64,000 bases of DNA from Bugula neritina (lineage: Eukaryota; Animalia; Bryozoa), in assembly GCA_964035545.1 (NCBI GenBank), contig OZ037767.1, positions 9,434,581 to 9,498,580 on the forward strand, given 5' to 3'. The notes under the pieces are model-generated. The model ran no database searches. It was not told the DNA's origin and saw only the letters and a list, made by a program, of their open reading frames with translations. The translations under genes and the position numbers were made by a program. Positions 1-14,300 of the stretch are shown here, one piece after another (within the stretch, counting starts at the first letter, position 1; every line of letters starts with the position of its first letter).

Positions 1-13
1 GTGCCCTTGCTAA

Positions 14-227
14 AAAAAATCACGCAAGTTTAAAGTCATTATCTCTGTGAGAAACTCCTGGTGGAAAGGGTTTTTGTTAAAGCTGGCTAAGGACTTATTT
101 AAATGAGGCACAGGAGCAATTATGACTGGATGCTTTTCCTAACATCACCAATGGCCTTTGACCGGGCTCGAGCCCATAACCTGTGTTCACTAGGCATACG
201 CTCTAACCCCTAGACCACGGCTGCTCC
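14..227 (-). mobile_element. tRNA-derived SINE (family A) with target-site duplication
   Basis: Reverse strand begins GGAGCAGCCGTGGTCTAGGGGTTAGAGCG...GGGCTCGAGCCC (A/B-box-like). GTGCCCTTGCTAA is directly repeated at 1-13 and 231-243. Related copies lie at ~23755-23965 and ~40938-41147, with a 3' fragment at ~45610-45750. Confidence 0.85.
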
Positions 228-2396
228 GTTGTGCCCTTGCTAAGTGGCAGGCATTTATTTATATATGTTTCTTTCTCATATCAACTTGACTGCATTTTTA
301 TTTATTGTAGTTGCTTGTCATTTTTTTATGTTATTATGCAGATGTAGCCCAATTTTGCAAAAGCGCTAGGTGATAAGAAGTTGGAAGACATATAATTTGT
401 ACTTAAACAACCCTCGTGCTATTATATTCTGAAAACATTCTTTTGGCTATCATCTTTTTGAAAACTTTTAAATGAAATAATTTATTTTAAATACAATTGC
501 TGTAAAGTGTAAATAATATATATGCGGTAGCATTTTTCACTGATCTTGAGATTGCAGGCTATTTGTCTTCAGTTGGTCCATGTTAATGCTTTTAGAACTG
601 GTTGGTACTATTCATTTTCAACTAAAGATGATAACTGTGGATAGTTACTTAAAAAGATATATATATTTTAGCATGAAAGTCTAATCTGTGTATGGGCCTT
701 GTATGGATATAAAGAAATTTGTCGCTTTAATTATTCAATGTCCTGATTGTATGTGCAAGGGTTATGAGAGCATTGTTTTCAGTTTGTAAGTGTTGTTTGC
801 ATGTTTGCATTCATTGGGTACATGCAGCAAGAGGGTTATTGTCTCCTTGTATTTAAAATACATCCAACTTCTGGTTAAAAGATTCATTCCAGTTGATTTC
901 AAAAACAACTTGTTAGCTTATTTGGTGATGTAGCCCGACATTTCCGTCAGGTTTGGTTCAGGCAAATCTATGCATGTGTTGTTCTTGTCAAACAAATGAT
1001 TATACTTTGTGTATGTACTATGTATGTATGTTTTTTGCTTTCTTAGACTTATGGAACTTTAAAGTAGACTCTGCGAAGAATATGATCACTGGTTTTTATG
1101 TTGCTATCGGCTATGTGTTTTAAAATTTATGTGTACTTAAGATAACATCTTGAGAGTTGAATGCAAATCTTTGTGTTTTCTTGCCTTCATAGAAGGATGC
1201 TTCCTCATAATTCCCATTATTAACCATTGTACAGACTGTAAGAGACTCTTGCTAATTCAACCAATCAACATTGGTGAAATTTACAGTTCGAATAGAAAAG
1301 AACATTGATTATACAAAATAATCGTTCCTATTTTTTAGCCTACACAAAAATCAGGCATTGTGATATGCAACAGAAAACATTAAAAAGTAACACATTTGAT
1401 GAGAGCTGTTCAAATACACTTTGAAGAAGATTTTCTGACTAGAGGGGTCATTTTAGTGACTGTGTTTGCGTCCCAAGACAAGAGGGGACTAAAATTGCTG
1501 TCAAAATAACATCCCAATAACATAGACCAAAAACTTGACCAAAAAGTATTTAATTACGAATCGGTTTACACATTTGAAAAAGTATATCCAGCGAGGTTGA
1601 AAATGCCAGTTCAACATTAGTAATAGATAGTACATAGAACGTTATTCACTAATTAGAATCTATAAAGTAACATAAACTTGCTTCACACAACTATGATAAT
1701 ATGGAGTAAATAAATTCAAAGCCTGAGCTGCACCAACATTCTACAAAGTTCTTTCTAAAGCAGTAGCATGGAGAAATTCGTCTATGAGAAGACTGTTGAG
1801 TTGTCACCAATGGCTGATGACTAGAGCTAAATAGTAGGCAGAATGCAGCAGTGTATCAGTGGATGATAGAGAACTTTGCTGCTGACACGTGGCATACCTT
1901 GACGGTATACTACAGCTACCCAATACAGTGTACATCAGAAATCTCCCCATTGATGTCTATGGTTGCAAACCTATAAAAAAACAGAAAACACGAGCCTTAG
2001 AAGCTGACGATGAAGTGCGATTTTATTGTGAGATCTACTTCAAATGTATAACAAAAAATAGTCTGTTCATGAAAATGAAAGCAACCTGTTCCATGTTTTT
2101 AGAAAGTAGATAAAACAATCAATATAGAGATGCTATAATTAAAGACATTATAACATTATTGGTTCATGGCATTATACCACCCCTCTTACCTTGACTAAGA
2201 GACCAGATGCTTCAAGTTCTCATAAACCATTCTTCGGACTATAATCTATAGAACACATAAAACTCAGCATGTAATATAACGCAATCAGAAACATTATTTT
2301 ATTATGAGCTTTGCTTCACATAACTCCAATTCAATTTCCGCATCTGCTGGTATCAGGCACCTGTTCGTGCCAGGCACTTACCAGTGTTAACACATG

Positions 2397-5300
2397 TCAC
2401 AAATACTCTGAAACCCAACACTCACCCTCATCCTTGTCCGAGTCGTCTAGATTTTCTTCTGAATCAGACTCTTGCATCTCCCTATCAGCTACTGTTTCAT
2501 TTATTTGCTCAGAAGAAATATTCTGCGGTTTTCCGGAAGAAAGTTGCATTGAGCTAACATCTCTCTTAACACGCTTTTCACTTGAAATGAACTCTGTCTC
2601 ACTCAGCTTCCGCTTCTGAGTTATATTCATGATTGAGGAGGTACTGTCTGTAATACTCGTATTACTATGAGGAATGTTGTTCGATTTTGACATAGCTGAC
2701 TTCAAAACAGCTTCAACTGATGAACTTGCTGACTTATTTCTTTCCAAGCAACTAATAAGTTGACTTGGAGGCATTTGCTTTCTAAATGAAGGAGCTGGAT
2801 TTGAAAACATGGAAGTAGAGGCAGGTGCTAGTCTCTGCAGTTTGGCTGAAGAGTTTGAGGGGAATTCATGTTCCAGAGATTCTACGGATGATTTACGTTT
2901 TGCAATACGAGTATGTACTTCATGCTGAGAGCTCTGAGGGAATTCTGTGCGTGTGGACACACCTTCAGTTGTCGAGTCTCTTGACTGAGTACAATAAACT
3001 ATGCTAGAAGAAGTACTAGTAAATGTTTTAATAGATGGTGCGGTTGATAGACCAGTAGTAGGTGTTTTGGTAGAACCATTATCCAACACACTTTGACCTT
3101 GAGCCACAGGTGAGTCACGAGCAGAGAGATATACTTTTACCACTTCATACTCCTCTAAAACATAGTAACACAGACTTTGCTATCATACTAGATATAGAGA
3201 CTAAGTAAAACCTAGTACTTAAACACATATATTCTACTGCAGAGGATGAGCTATTGGTGAGGAATTTCTTAGTTATTAGCGGCATTTTCAAAGGGTCTTT
3301 TTTTAAAAAAGACGGTTCTCAGTTTTTGTTCCATTGTATACTTTATGGTTAGATTCTGCTGAGGAAAAAATAGCATAATGATGCAATTTCAAATTATTTT
3401 ACTGGACAGGTTAGAATCCCGACAGTGCCTATAACTTAAACTATTTTAAGCTTATTTCAAATAGAAAAAAGTTTAAAGCTTCTATAAGTTCAAAGGTCAG
3501 CATTTTAGTAATGAGACATAGATTAATATTAAAGATGAATATTCAACAATCACCAAATAGCTATACATCCAGTTAATTAGTGAGCCATAACTTTCCTGCT
3601 TCTAAAAATTGGCATATCCAAGGTTATACAAGACCAGTCTAGCCAAGTATATAAGAGCTTGGACTACCGCAGATTTGTCCATATTTTAAGATAAATTTGA
3701 AAAGCAAGTAACGTTTAAATGATTATTTTCTACCTTGGCTCCTTTGCTGTTCGCGTTGACTCAATTTGGATTGCGAAGTTTCTGTAGGCTGGCCCATAGC
3801 CTTTTTCTGGAGTTCATTCAATATAATAGAGGTTACATCTTTTGGCAAAAACTTCTTCCGAGAAGAGCCACCCATTTGGCAAACAGGGTTACCCGATGGT
3901 GGTAAAGGCTGGTGCGACACCTGAAAATAGAATTAATTACTGATAAGAAAGTTTAGAATGCAAATAAATTTATTCTATCAGTATTGGCTATTAGTTTTTC
4001 TGTTCTGCTATTAATTACTTTTTATCAGTTATTTTTATTCTATGCTGAGCATAGACACAGAATAGACATGACATGGACAAGTAAATGACATGATATAGAC
4101 ATATATGTGATATAGAAGAGATATAACATAGAAGAGATATAACCTAGAATAGACATGACATAAAATAGACATGACATAGAATAGATATATTATATGATAA
4201 CATATATTGATACACTGCAAGTTGGTGCCAACTGTATGAGGTCGGGTCTGAATAAGTATGTGACTATAGAACACAGATCTTGCAGTTGAACTGTGATAAT
4301 AGTCAAAGTAAGAGTATTACCTAAACTAATAATAGGTGAGCAAGTCACAGTAACAATAGTCACAGTAGCAGTAGTCACAGTAGCAATATCACAGTAGCAA
4401 TAGTCACAGTAGCAATAGTCACAGTAGCAATAGTCACAGTAGCAATAGTCACAGTAGCAATAGTCACAGTAGCAATAGTCACAGTAACAATAGTCACAGT
4501 AGCAGTAGTCACAGTAACAATAGTCACAGTAGCAATAGTCACAGATCAGCAATGGCAGTTGTTATGAAGAGGTCACAAGGCATTTACTAGCCAGGCATTA
4601 AAAATCTCCAACTTTACAAATGAGATTGATAACAACTTTATATCTTGGAAGCTAGACAATAAAACTCCAACAGAAACTTGAGAAGTTGGGATTAGTGCTA
4701 GAGTTCTACATAATAGGCAGAAAATTTGTTCAGCTTACTTCACTTTGCACAGTCGATGAAGAGGACTTTGTATGATTTGCAGCCCCATAGTTCATCGCCT
4801 GGTAGATTACAGCCCGAGGGTTAGCCTGACTCAGCACAGCCGGCCAGAAGAACAAAGACTTGACCCTGCAAAATGTGAAGTATCATACAGTACCGCTTTG
4901 TACACCACTTCATACAGTACTTCATACGCAGACCCAACTTCACGTAGGTTTGGTCAGGTACAATATTTTAAAAATTTGTTCTCAAATTTAAAATCATACA
5001 ATAAGAGGAAATAAATTAGGCGATCAAAGATAATTTATTTGATCCACGATTTTATATAATCTTATTTGATCTTATGATCACGAAACTTGTTACGTTTTCT
5101 GTTGGCACATATTTCTTCATGAACATAAAAATATTGGACAAAGTTTGCCAAAAAGAAATTTCCAAAAAATTCAAATTTGAAAGCAACTTTAGTCTAAAAC
5201 TTGGAAAACCCAACAGGTTCTAGCTACATTCTAAAATTCTTGACAATTTTTACAAGATGCTTAGCCAGGAACAAACATTTTCTAAACTGCAATACTTTAA

Positions 5301-8300
5301 TAGACTAACCAGTCTAGGACCTGCATATGCACATGATTATACCAACAAGCATATGCCAAAATTTTCCAAATTTTGTAAAACAAATATTTATGTCCGACAC
5401 TATGCATGTGGACAAGCACAGAGGTCATATCCTATAGAGTGGTTATGCAAGGGTCAATCTCTTCTCCCCCACTGCTAGACCAGTTTAATAAAATGCACAT
5501 AGTTTCTGACATTGTGAACGCAACAATTAGCTTCTATTGCCCCTTCAACAGACCGCTCTTGCGACTACCCTCACTTGTTGCCGTAACACCAGCCTTCACT
5601 CACTCACTTTTCACTCAATTCTTTGTATTCTTTAGTCAACTTCAACTTGGAGATGAATTGCTCAGCTTTAAAAGAGTCATCTGCATTTCCTAGATTCCTA
5701 TAATGTCGCAATTTGGCTCTGCTCTTTTGAAAACAGCTGAAAATATTCATTAGAAATAAAGACACTTGTAACAAAGTAAATATCTACTTCATTTGAGAAA
5801 TCTTAAATTATTGACAACCAATTCTTAATCTCAATACAACTGCAACCAGTTTAGGAAAACAGGTCCAACTCAGTAGCTCCGAGTCAGTCAGTCTGCTCAG
5901 CTTGAACTCTGTTCAATCCCAGGCCATTTCCTTAGTCAAAAAACCTGATGGGTTTAGGCTGATGCTAGTGGGTGTAGGTACTAGTTCACTGTGAGAATCA
6001 GCAATATAACAGGTTGGAAAAGTACTAGTTGACATTTACCAGTAGTAAGTTTACCTACAACCACTATAGTCAAACTCCCGTTCAACCGGCATCCCAGTTG
6101 GACTGCACTGAACTCAAGACACAGCAACAGATTAAAGTTCTACATTAGTGGAACTAAGCCAGTTGTTTTCACATGGTTCCTAAGATATTAGGTGGGAAAT
6201 AAGGTTTTATTTATCACAACATCACACTAATCACACACTGAATAACTACTACTCACTAGAAAGCAGAAAGGCTGATCTGATTGGGCGGCAGCAGATAAGG
6301 TAGTTCTTTATTCAGTGTCAGATCTTTCTTGTGCTCATAACTTGCACGGAGATCATTTAGTTCTGTACTTTTCAGTGTACTCTAAATCATGCGACAGCAA
6401 AAGAAGATGACTTCTTTGGCATTTACACTACTATATATGCTTTCCTTATAGCATGGTTTATATAAGCAAGGCAGGTCTAAATAATCAAACTGTATAAAAC
6501 TTAACTTTACAGCTAGGCCAACACTAGTCAAACACTTTTAGAATATACTCAACTGGGACTACATTTAGTGTAATTAGTTTTCCAGTAATTTACCTGTACT
6601 GCAAACACCAATATGGGAAGTACCCTTAAATGGTAAAGTGCAATATCAATTCTATAGAAGGACTATCATGATGTTTCCACTTCTTTGAATGCATTTATGG
6701 TTGTGGTATGAATTAATTTATGGCTATGGGTTCATTGATGCAACTGTTCCCAAACATCAATAATAAATCCATTTACATAATGTGAAGCAATGGAAACACA
6801 GTATATAAGGGAACAAGCTAGATGACTCACTTTTTCAATCAGGTTTGAATAGCAGTGATGTGCTTCAGGGGAGAGACAGTTAGGTTTATGACCACTCAGA
6901 ATATCAATAATATTAGTTTCAACATCAGATCGACCTCGGTGGGGAGTCTGAACATGAGTGGGTGACTGCACTTTATCCGCTGTCGCATCTATCACCTTCA
7001 AAGTGATGGCTCTCAGCGTGGAATCTCGTTCCTTCAAGAAAAACACAGTGCCAGTGTGTTGAAATACAATGGCAGTACCTACTACCACAATACCTACTAT
7101 CACAGTGAACACTTTAACAGCACCACAATGCAACCAACCTTAGTAACTTCATATTTATAAACTTTTACAAAAAGCATTTTCATAAACTTTAATATAAAAC
7201 ATTATTTTAATGTTTAGAAAGGAGAGTATTTACCTTCATATGTTGACGGAGCAGCATTCGCTTTGCCTCCAGAATGTCAAGTACAGAGTTTTTTGTTAGA
7301 CTGGCATCAGGTTTGTCTAGCAACAGTCGTATGCTCTTCCTCTGCAATACAAGGCTTTATTATGTAGAGAATTATTCAACTCTAAATACTAACATGGTAG
7401 TAATACTAGATTAACACTAGAGAACTTGTGGTTAGAGAGAATTCTTATTAAATCGAATGAATGGCTCTCAACTAATGGAAAAACAACTGATGCATAGAAT
7501 GCAGTAAATCATGGAACTCTCCTTACATAAACACAAATGACATAGCAAGTTGTCACAGTATCTGCAAGACATCAAGTGGCACTGTGAGACAATGCTGGTC
7601 CTTTTTAATCAGCTAATAAAATTTAAGTTATCAACACAAGTACTAAGGTAATACTCATGTTTTGTTAAATTAAGTAATTGCTGCTAAGACTACCGCAATG
7701 TTTTGCTAGACCTAAATTTAAAAAATGCCAAAAACAAGTTTTGCTCAACTAAGAATTCTTATTACTCCGAGTAATATTTACGGTGCAAGTCAAATTAACC
7801 TAAAATTAATTGCATATAAGAAGGTCTTGCCAGACAGCTTAGTGCTGAAATCTCACTATGGCCAAATAAATTTTCAACATTATTATCATCACCTTATAGT
7901 TGAACTATAGTAGAGGCCAGTTTCAACAAATGAAACTCAATGAAAACCTTCACACAAAACATAAAGCTTTGATAAACTACAAGGTACTAGACAACTATGA
8001 CGTGACATGTATGCTAACTCACCAAAGTAGACATGACTGGGAGAGATACAGCATCAAACACCGGATAACCCAACAGCAACTGATGTAAAAAGCTTTCAGT
8101 CAGACTCTGGGTCACACAGGTCATCTCTATACTGTCTAAAATGAGTGGATGGTGAGGTGATTAGAAACAGTGACTACACACATCGAGTGTATAACTCCTA
8201 CTTATAAACTCAAGGTGTAGCAGCAAAACATATTAATCCTATAACAAAGATAGCCTTCATCCTGATGCAGTCACAAAAAGCACCACCACTGTAACGGCAC

Positions 8301-11300
8301 CAAGTTCCCCCATTCATGATAATGGTATAATTTCATCTATTTTTAGCAAAGTGAATAATGTGAACTCAAAGAGAAGATTGCAAGTGGCCTAATAACAATG
8401 TATTACATAACAATGTATCTGGCAACAACAAAATGATGAGAATGATAATGTTACTAACTAGAGGAGTTTCGAGAGAAAACTCTTGAATTCGCCACAATTG
8501 ATCCCGTTCTATTCTTTCTTGCACTCTCTCTCCAAACTATAGGCTGTGCGTATTCAGAATTATAGATTCTATTTCTTTTTCTTTCTCTGGTACTCTTTCT
8601 TGTTTCAGAGTCATCTACTGATTTCTCGGCAGCGCTTGGATTTTTCTGTTCCATCTGCTGCATATCGTTCATTTTATGCTGACCTGTGAAAGTATAATCT
8701 ACAGAATGAATTTGATAAAACATTGGTGCACCAGTACTCACTCAGATGGGTATAATTACAGAATAATTTTGGTGAAATATTATACAATCTGTCAGGCAAG
8801 AAATAACATATAACAGTAAGTGAATAAATTAACAGTTGCAGCAGTTACTAAAGTCAGCATAGCTTGCAGTTGAATCTCCATCATTTCAACCATAAACTGC
8901 CTTTCACACTTACGAGGCGAAGCGTAACTCTGCACACCTACCTTCTTCAAAATACTTGTTGGTAACAACTCCCTGGTCCTTTCTTTTCTTCAATAACTTG
9001 AGTCGCTGAGTAATACTGTTACCAAACCGTTGAGGGAAATGCTCTTCTCTTAGTTTGGAAATATCATCTAAAGATTCCGAGAAAGAGAGGACAACTCAGT
9101 TAACTGATATGGACTCGCACTCACAGGTAGAGAGATATTTCATTCTAATAGCAGACAAAGGTGCACTAACTAACTCACTCTATTAAGGAGTAGAAGCGGG
9201 GAGACTTACATTTCCTTTTGCTGTAAACATCCGTGTTTTCAGCCGCATCATTGTCATATTCCACCAAGTAGTCATACAGTATTTTGTCTTCTTCCAACGA
9301 CCAACGCATGAACTTCTTCTCTGGGTGCAAACTAGTGTGCCAGCGATCTCTACACGCACTGGAGTTGCGAGTCTTGACATCAGCAGCAATGTAGAGCCAC
9401 CGTCTGCCACTGTCGATTCTGTCACCATACAATGCCACTGCACTCACCAAAGCCTACACAGTGATATTGAAAGGTGACACCAGCTGTGACAGTTGACTGT
9501 ACAAAAACGTAGTAAAATCCACACACCGTGCACTCAGTAGGGGTAACGGGGGCACAACGGGCCGAATTTTGCAATTTTTGCTCTCATTTGTCTGTTTTTC
9601 AAGTTACTAGTTCAATAATCTCTAGTCTTAATGCTGCATGTGTTGTCTATTACAGGTATCAGTTTGCTGTTTCTAGCTCTCTCACAACTTTCAGAATAAC
9701 ATAATTTTCATGATGAAAAAATTGACCCATTATGCCCCGGTACCAGGGTACAATAGGCCACTGGGTGGGACACAACAAATATATTGAAACTTTGCGTATT
9801 TTGTTACATCTGATCTTTATTTATTTAATATTACAAATATATAAAGATACTTTTTTAGATCTACAGCAAAATTTATGTTTTAGCTGTACAGTTTGTGCCA
9901 CTACCGATAGCAGAGGAAGGCAAAATCAAACGCACATAACTCGGTTCTACAGTGCCATTATCATTACTGTTTAAAACTGAAAATGTTTTTTCATTTTCAC
10001 TTCAGATGAATTTTTATCAAAAAAAACTTTAGTAACATGTACTACAAAATTCGGAGTGGACTTTTTTCTATGAACTGTAGCTAAGGTGCATGGCTGAGGT
10101 TTGTGACTGGAGTACGGAAGGGAGAGGGGGGGGGCAGCAAATGAGCAAATCACAGTTTATTTTAGTCAAATACATGTATATTCTCTCAATGATATAATAT
10201 ATAATGAATATCATGACTATCTACTAGTAGCAACAGCAGAGTGTTTTGTATTATGTATAAAATGGCAAAGCTTTAACCTCACCAGACGTATATATTAGGG
10301 GAGCTTCACCTTGTAGTTTGGTAGTCTTACCATGATGTCGTTGATATTTTACAAAAAGGTCAGAAATGGCTATATCTATAGATTTTAGTAACATTTCAAC
10401 CAAATTTTTTGGGCAAACAAACTAATAAGTGATCAGGGTGCGATAATCAGGTGGCCCATTGTACCCCGGTCAGCGTGACACATTGTGCCCCGTGTGGCCA
10501 AATTGAAAATAAATGTGCCTCAAGGAAAATTTATTTTAGAGTTTGCTGTAGAGACAAGCATGGGCAACATTATCAGTAAAATCTAGGCTTGTTGCCTTTT
10601 GGTGTAAAAAGTTATAAAACTTCAACGGCATCTTAAAAAATTTACAAAAAGTAGGTAAAAACAGTTTTTGACTCGCCTTTTCAACACGTATGTTCCGCAA
10701 AGGCTGAATAATTATGTCAATATCTTTTTATGAAAGAAAAATCACAACTCCAAGTCAATAAGTTCTCTCACAATTTGGCTGGTTTTTTGTACCCCTATGA
10801 CCGCTGTGCCCCCGTTACCCCTATACACACACCATGAACAATCTGTATACACACAGTAAGCGCATTGCAGTAACTGCACAAAAGTTATTAACATGGTCAC
10901 TGATATCCAATCCATTGTTTTGTAATTGGTTAAACCCAAATGAAAATTGACATAAAAATAGTAAATTATATTTGTAACTTATTGAACTAAAACAGCACTA
11001 AAAGTTTTGAAATAAACATATACAAATCACAATTACCAACTTTTTTATTTAAATACCGTAAAATGGGGTAACTTTAGCCACTTGGGGTAACTTTGGCCAC
11101 TTTGGAAAAAATGTTTAAAATGTAGCTGGTGCTATATCTATGAAGTCTAAAGATATTTTAATTGTATATATGCACTGACTGCAGATTGGTGCATCCTATT
11201 CCTGAAAAATAATTGATATACTTATTTGCTGCTTCTCGCTGTCAGCCATTTTCAATTTCCTGTTTGACAACAAGATTTTCAGCGCTGTCCAACTTTAATC

Positions 11301-14300
11301 TATTTGAAGGCATTAGAAAAGCCGGACTCATTTTCTTTTTTGTATTAAAGAACTTTGGTAAGTATTTAACCAGGATATTTGTAATTTAGGTAAATAAATT
11401 GAAATCCAAAATTAAAATATGTGTCTTGAATTCACTGTGTACAATTTTTGACGAATTTGGAGTAACTTTGGCCATGACTAAATGGTACTCCAAAGTAGGT
11501 TTCTGGCAGCGCTGCGAATTTTCTGTTACTTCAGACACATAGTACATTACTCTCTAAAGGCACAATCATTTGATTCACCTATACCCAATGCTTTAGTTAT
11601 ATATTTGAAACAACTTAGAGTCCGAAATATGAAATAATTACATGGGGAATTATGCATTTTTGTTCCCAGACAGCAATTTTGTGTTTAATGTTTTTTTTTT
11701 ATATAAGAATTTGACCATGCATTGTAAAATGTATTTTTCAAGACAATTATACTCAGAAAATATTAAAGAAAAGTAATATCTCCAAGATATGGTATATCTG
11801 AGGAGATCATTGGTTTTGCTTTATTCACAAGAATTGGCAGCTGGAAAGTCTTGACAAGAAGTGACTAGAAATATGATATTACCAAAGGAACACTACAAAA
11901 CAGAGCCGCATGAAGACACAAGCTGAAGCCTGGACGCCAAACTGTGTTATCACAAGTAGAGGAGGTAGCCATTGTTGACCATACCTACTACAAAGCTGGC
12001 TCAATGGGGCTTTCCATTAGATAAAACAGACTTTCGAATAATAGTCAAGACCTATTTTGACAAATGTGAGAGAAGAGTACAACATTTCAAAGGCAACTAC
12101 CCTCAAGATCACTGGAGTCTCAGTTTTATGTCAAGACATAAAGATAGCTTGTCTCACAGGTTGTGCCAAAACATAGCACCGGAATGGGCAACAGTTAATT
12201 CTGAAGACAATACGCATTATTTAAAAAATCTACAGACAACTGCTACAGCCTATAGTTTGAAAGGGCATACTTGAATTTAAGATTAAATTCAATGAAATTT
12301 GAACTTGTACAGTGATTTATTCAATGTTGCCAGCAAATCACATGATTTTTTATACATATACAAAAGTTTTTACATTTAATAACAATGTACCTCGAATAAC
12401 TGTGGTTTCAATGCAATAATTACACTATTATAGCTTGCATTTTGTCTAAAATAATTTTTTTTTGTAGTAATGAAGTTGAATAATGTTGTTCTTTAATTTC
12501 TAACTGGCTAAAAAAGCTCCAAGTGCTGCTAACTTTAGCTACATGGAGAATAACGACACCGGCCAAAGTTACCCCGAAAATAGGGTAACTTTGGCCACCT
12601 ACTTTTTTTAATGCCACAGGAGATCTAGCAGTCCCAAACTGCAAATGGTTTTTTCATTTAGTGCATATGTTGATAAGCTTCATTTAGCATCCAAAAATTT
12701 TAAAGAATATTGTAATCCTTTCATATGACACCCAAAATATGTCTCAAAACGGCCAATGTTACCCCATTTTACGGTATAGATATATGTTGAACATTTAATA
12801 ACAGAAAATTTGTAATCTAAGGGCATGGATTACGTTATGAAATAATACCAACAAATCAACTTTAAAAACAAAAATATGTTATTATATTACCTGATCTTCT
12901 TTCTGAGTCCATGGTCTCCTTTTACACATCTCCATGTTTTCCCATCTGCTCTTACACTCATTTGGAGTCATCTCTCCTACTTTCCAGGCAACTGTAACGA
13001 GAACAGGTAAGGCAACTAATAAAATCATAATGGGAAGTATTTAACAACTACCACAGACAGACAGACAGACAGAGCAACGTCAAGTGAACATAGAACCAAC
13101 CCTTGTCCCAGCTGATTACATCCTCTCTACCAATATAGTTGTCTAGGTATTCACAGAGAGTTCTTTCCTTTTCTTGCGTCCAAGGTGCTGTCTCATAGTC
13201 ATTCAGTGCCTGCTGATATCTTTGCAGACAAATGAAGGGCGTTCGATCAGTCTATCAGTAAAACAACCACACTGATACCTTAGCAAGACATACAAACAGG
13301 AGATCTGCCGAGAAGGCATATAATATATATTACTTTGTATGGCACAGTGTATGTTACAGTGTATACTACAGTGTATACTACAATGCATACTACAATGTAT
13401 ACTACAATGTATACTACAGTGTACACTGTAGTATACATTGTAGTATGCATTGTAGTATACACTGGAGTCTACGCTGTAGTATACACTGTAGTATACACAT
13501 TAGTATACATTGTAGTATGCATTGTAGTATACACTGTAGTATACAATGTATACTACAGTGTATACTACAGTGTATACTACAGTGTATACTACAGTGTATA
13601 CTACAGTGTATACTACAGTGTATACTACAGTGTATACTACAGTGTATACTACAGTGTATACTACAGTGTATACTACAGTGTATACTACAGTGTATACTAC
13701 AGTGTATACTACAGTGCTCACACTTGAAGAAACTTACTCCCAACTCATCAGCCACCTGACACCAGCTCTGATGTCCATGTTTTTGAATGAGTTCTTTGAG
13801 TTTCACATCTTCAGAGGCAGACCAGAGACTCCGGTTGATTACTGGGTTGCAGATGTTACGATACAGATTGATGCAGGACTCGGTTGAAAAAGCTCCTTCC
13901 AACTACATCATTGTACATGAATAATACACAATGATAGCTACAGCACATGTATACAGAAACAGTAACTGAAAGAAAGGAGGAAAATGCAGTATGACCATTA
14001 CTTTACGCCGTTTTGTTGTGATACGTATTAGTTGTAAAGCTACTGACTATAGAGTGTGAACTTTAACCAATACATCATCCAATGAACAACATACATTTAA
14101 TTATCATAATATTATACGTAGTATGTATAATATACACTTATAGCATAAAACTAAATGCAGCATGGATAAATTGAAAATATACTAACATACTTATACCACA
14201 GCAAACACCATGATTATTGGTGCAAAGCAAAAATGCTACTTCAATATAATGGCAAGTGAGTCTAACAAGTAGTTTGGTGAAATGTTGACTGACTAAATGT

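Noticed and set aside
4190-4552. Cys-rich CDYCY protein (metallothionein-like)
   Set aside because: Translation of a 15-bp minisatellite; the flanking SNAPC4 exons join in phase without it.
13203-13887. Several overlapping repetitive ORFs (YSV, CSIH, LQCI)
   Set aside because: All derive from the 12-bp array; only 13738-13902 and 13101-13251 are real exons.
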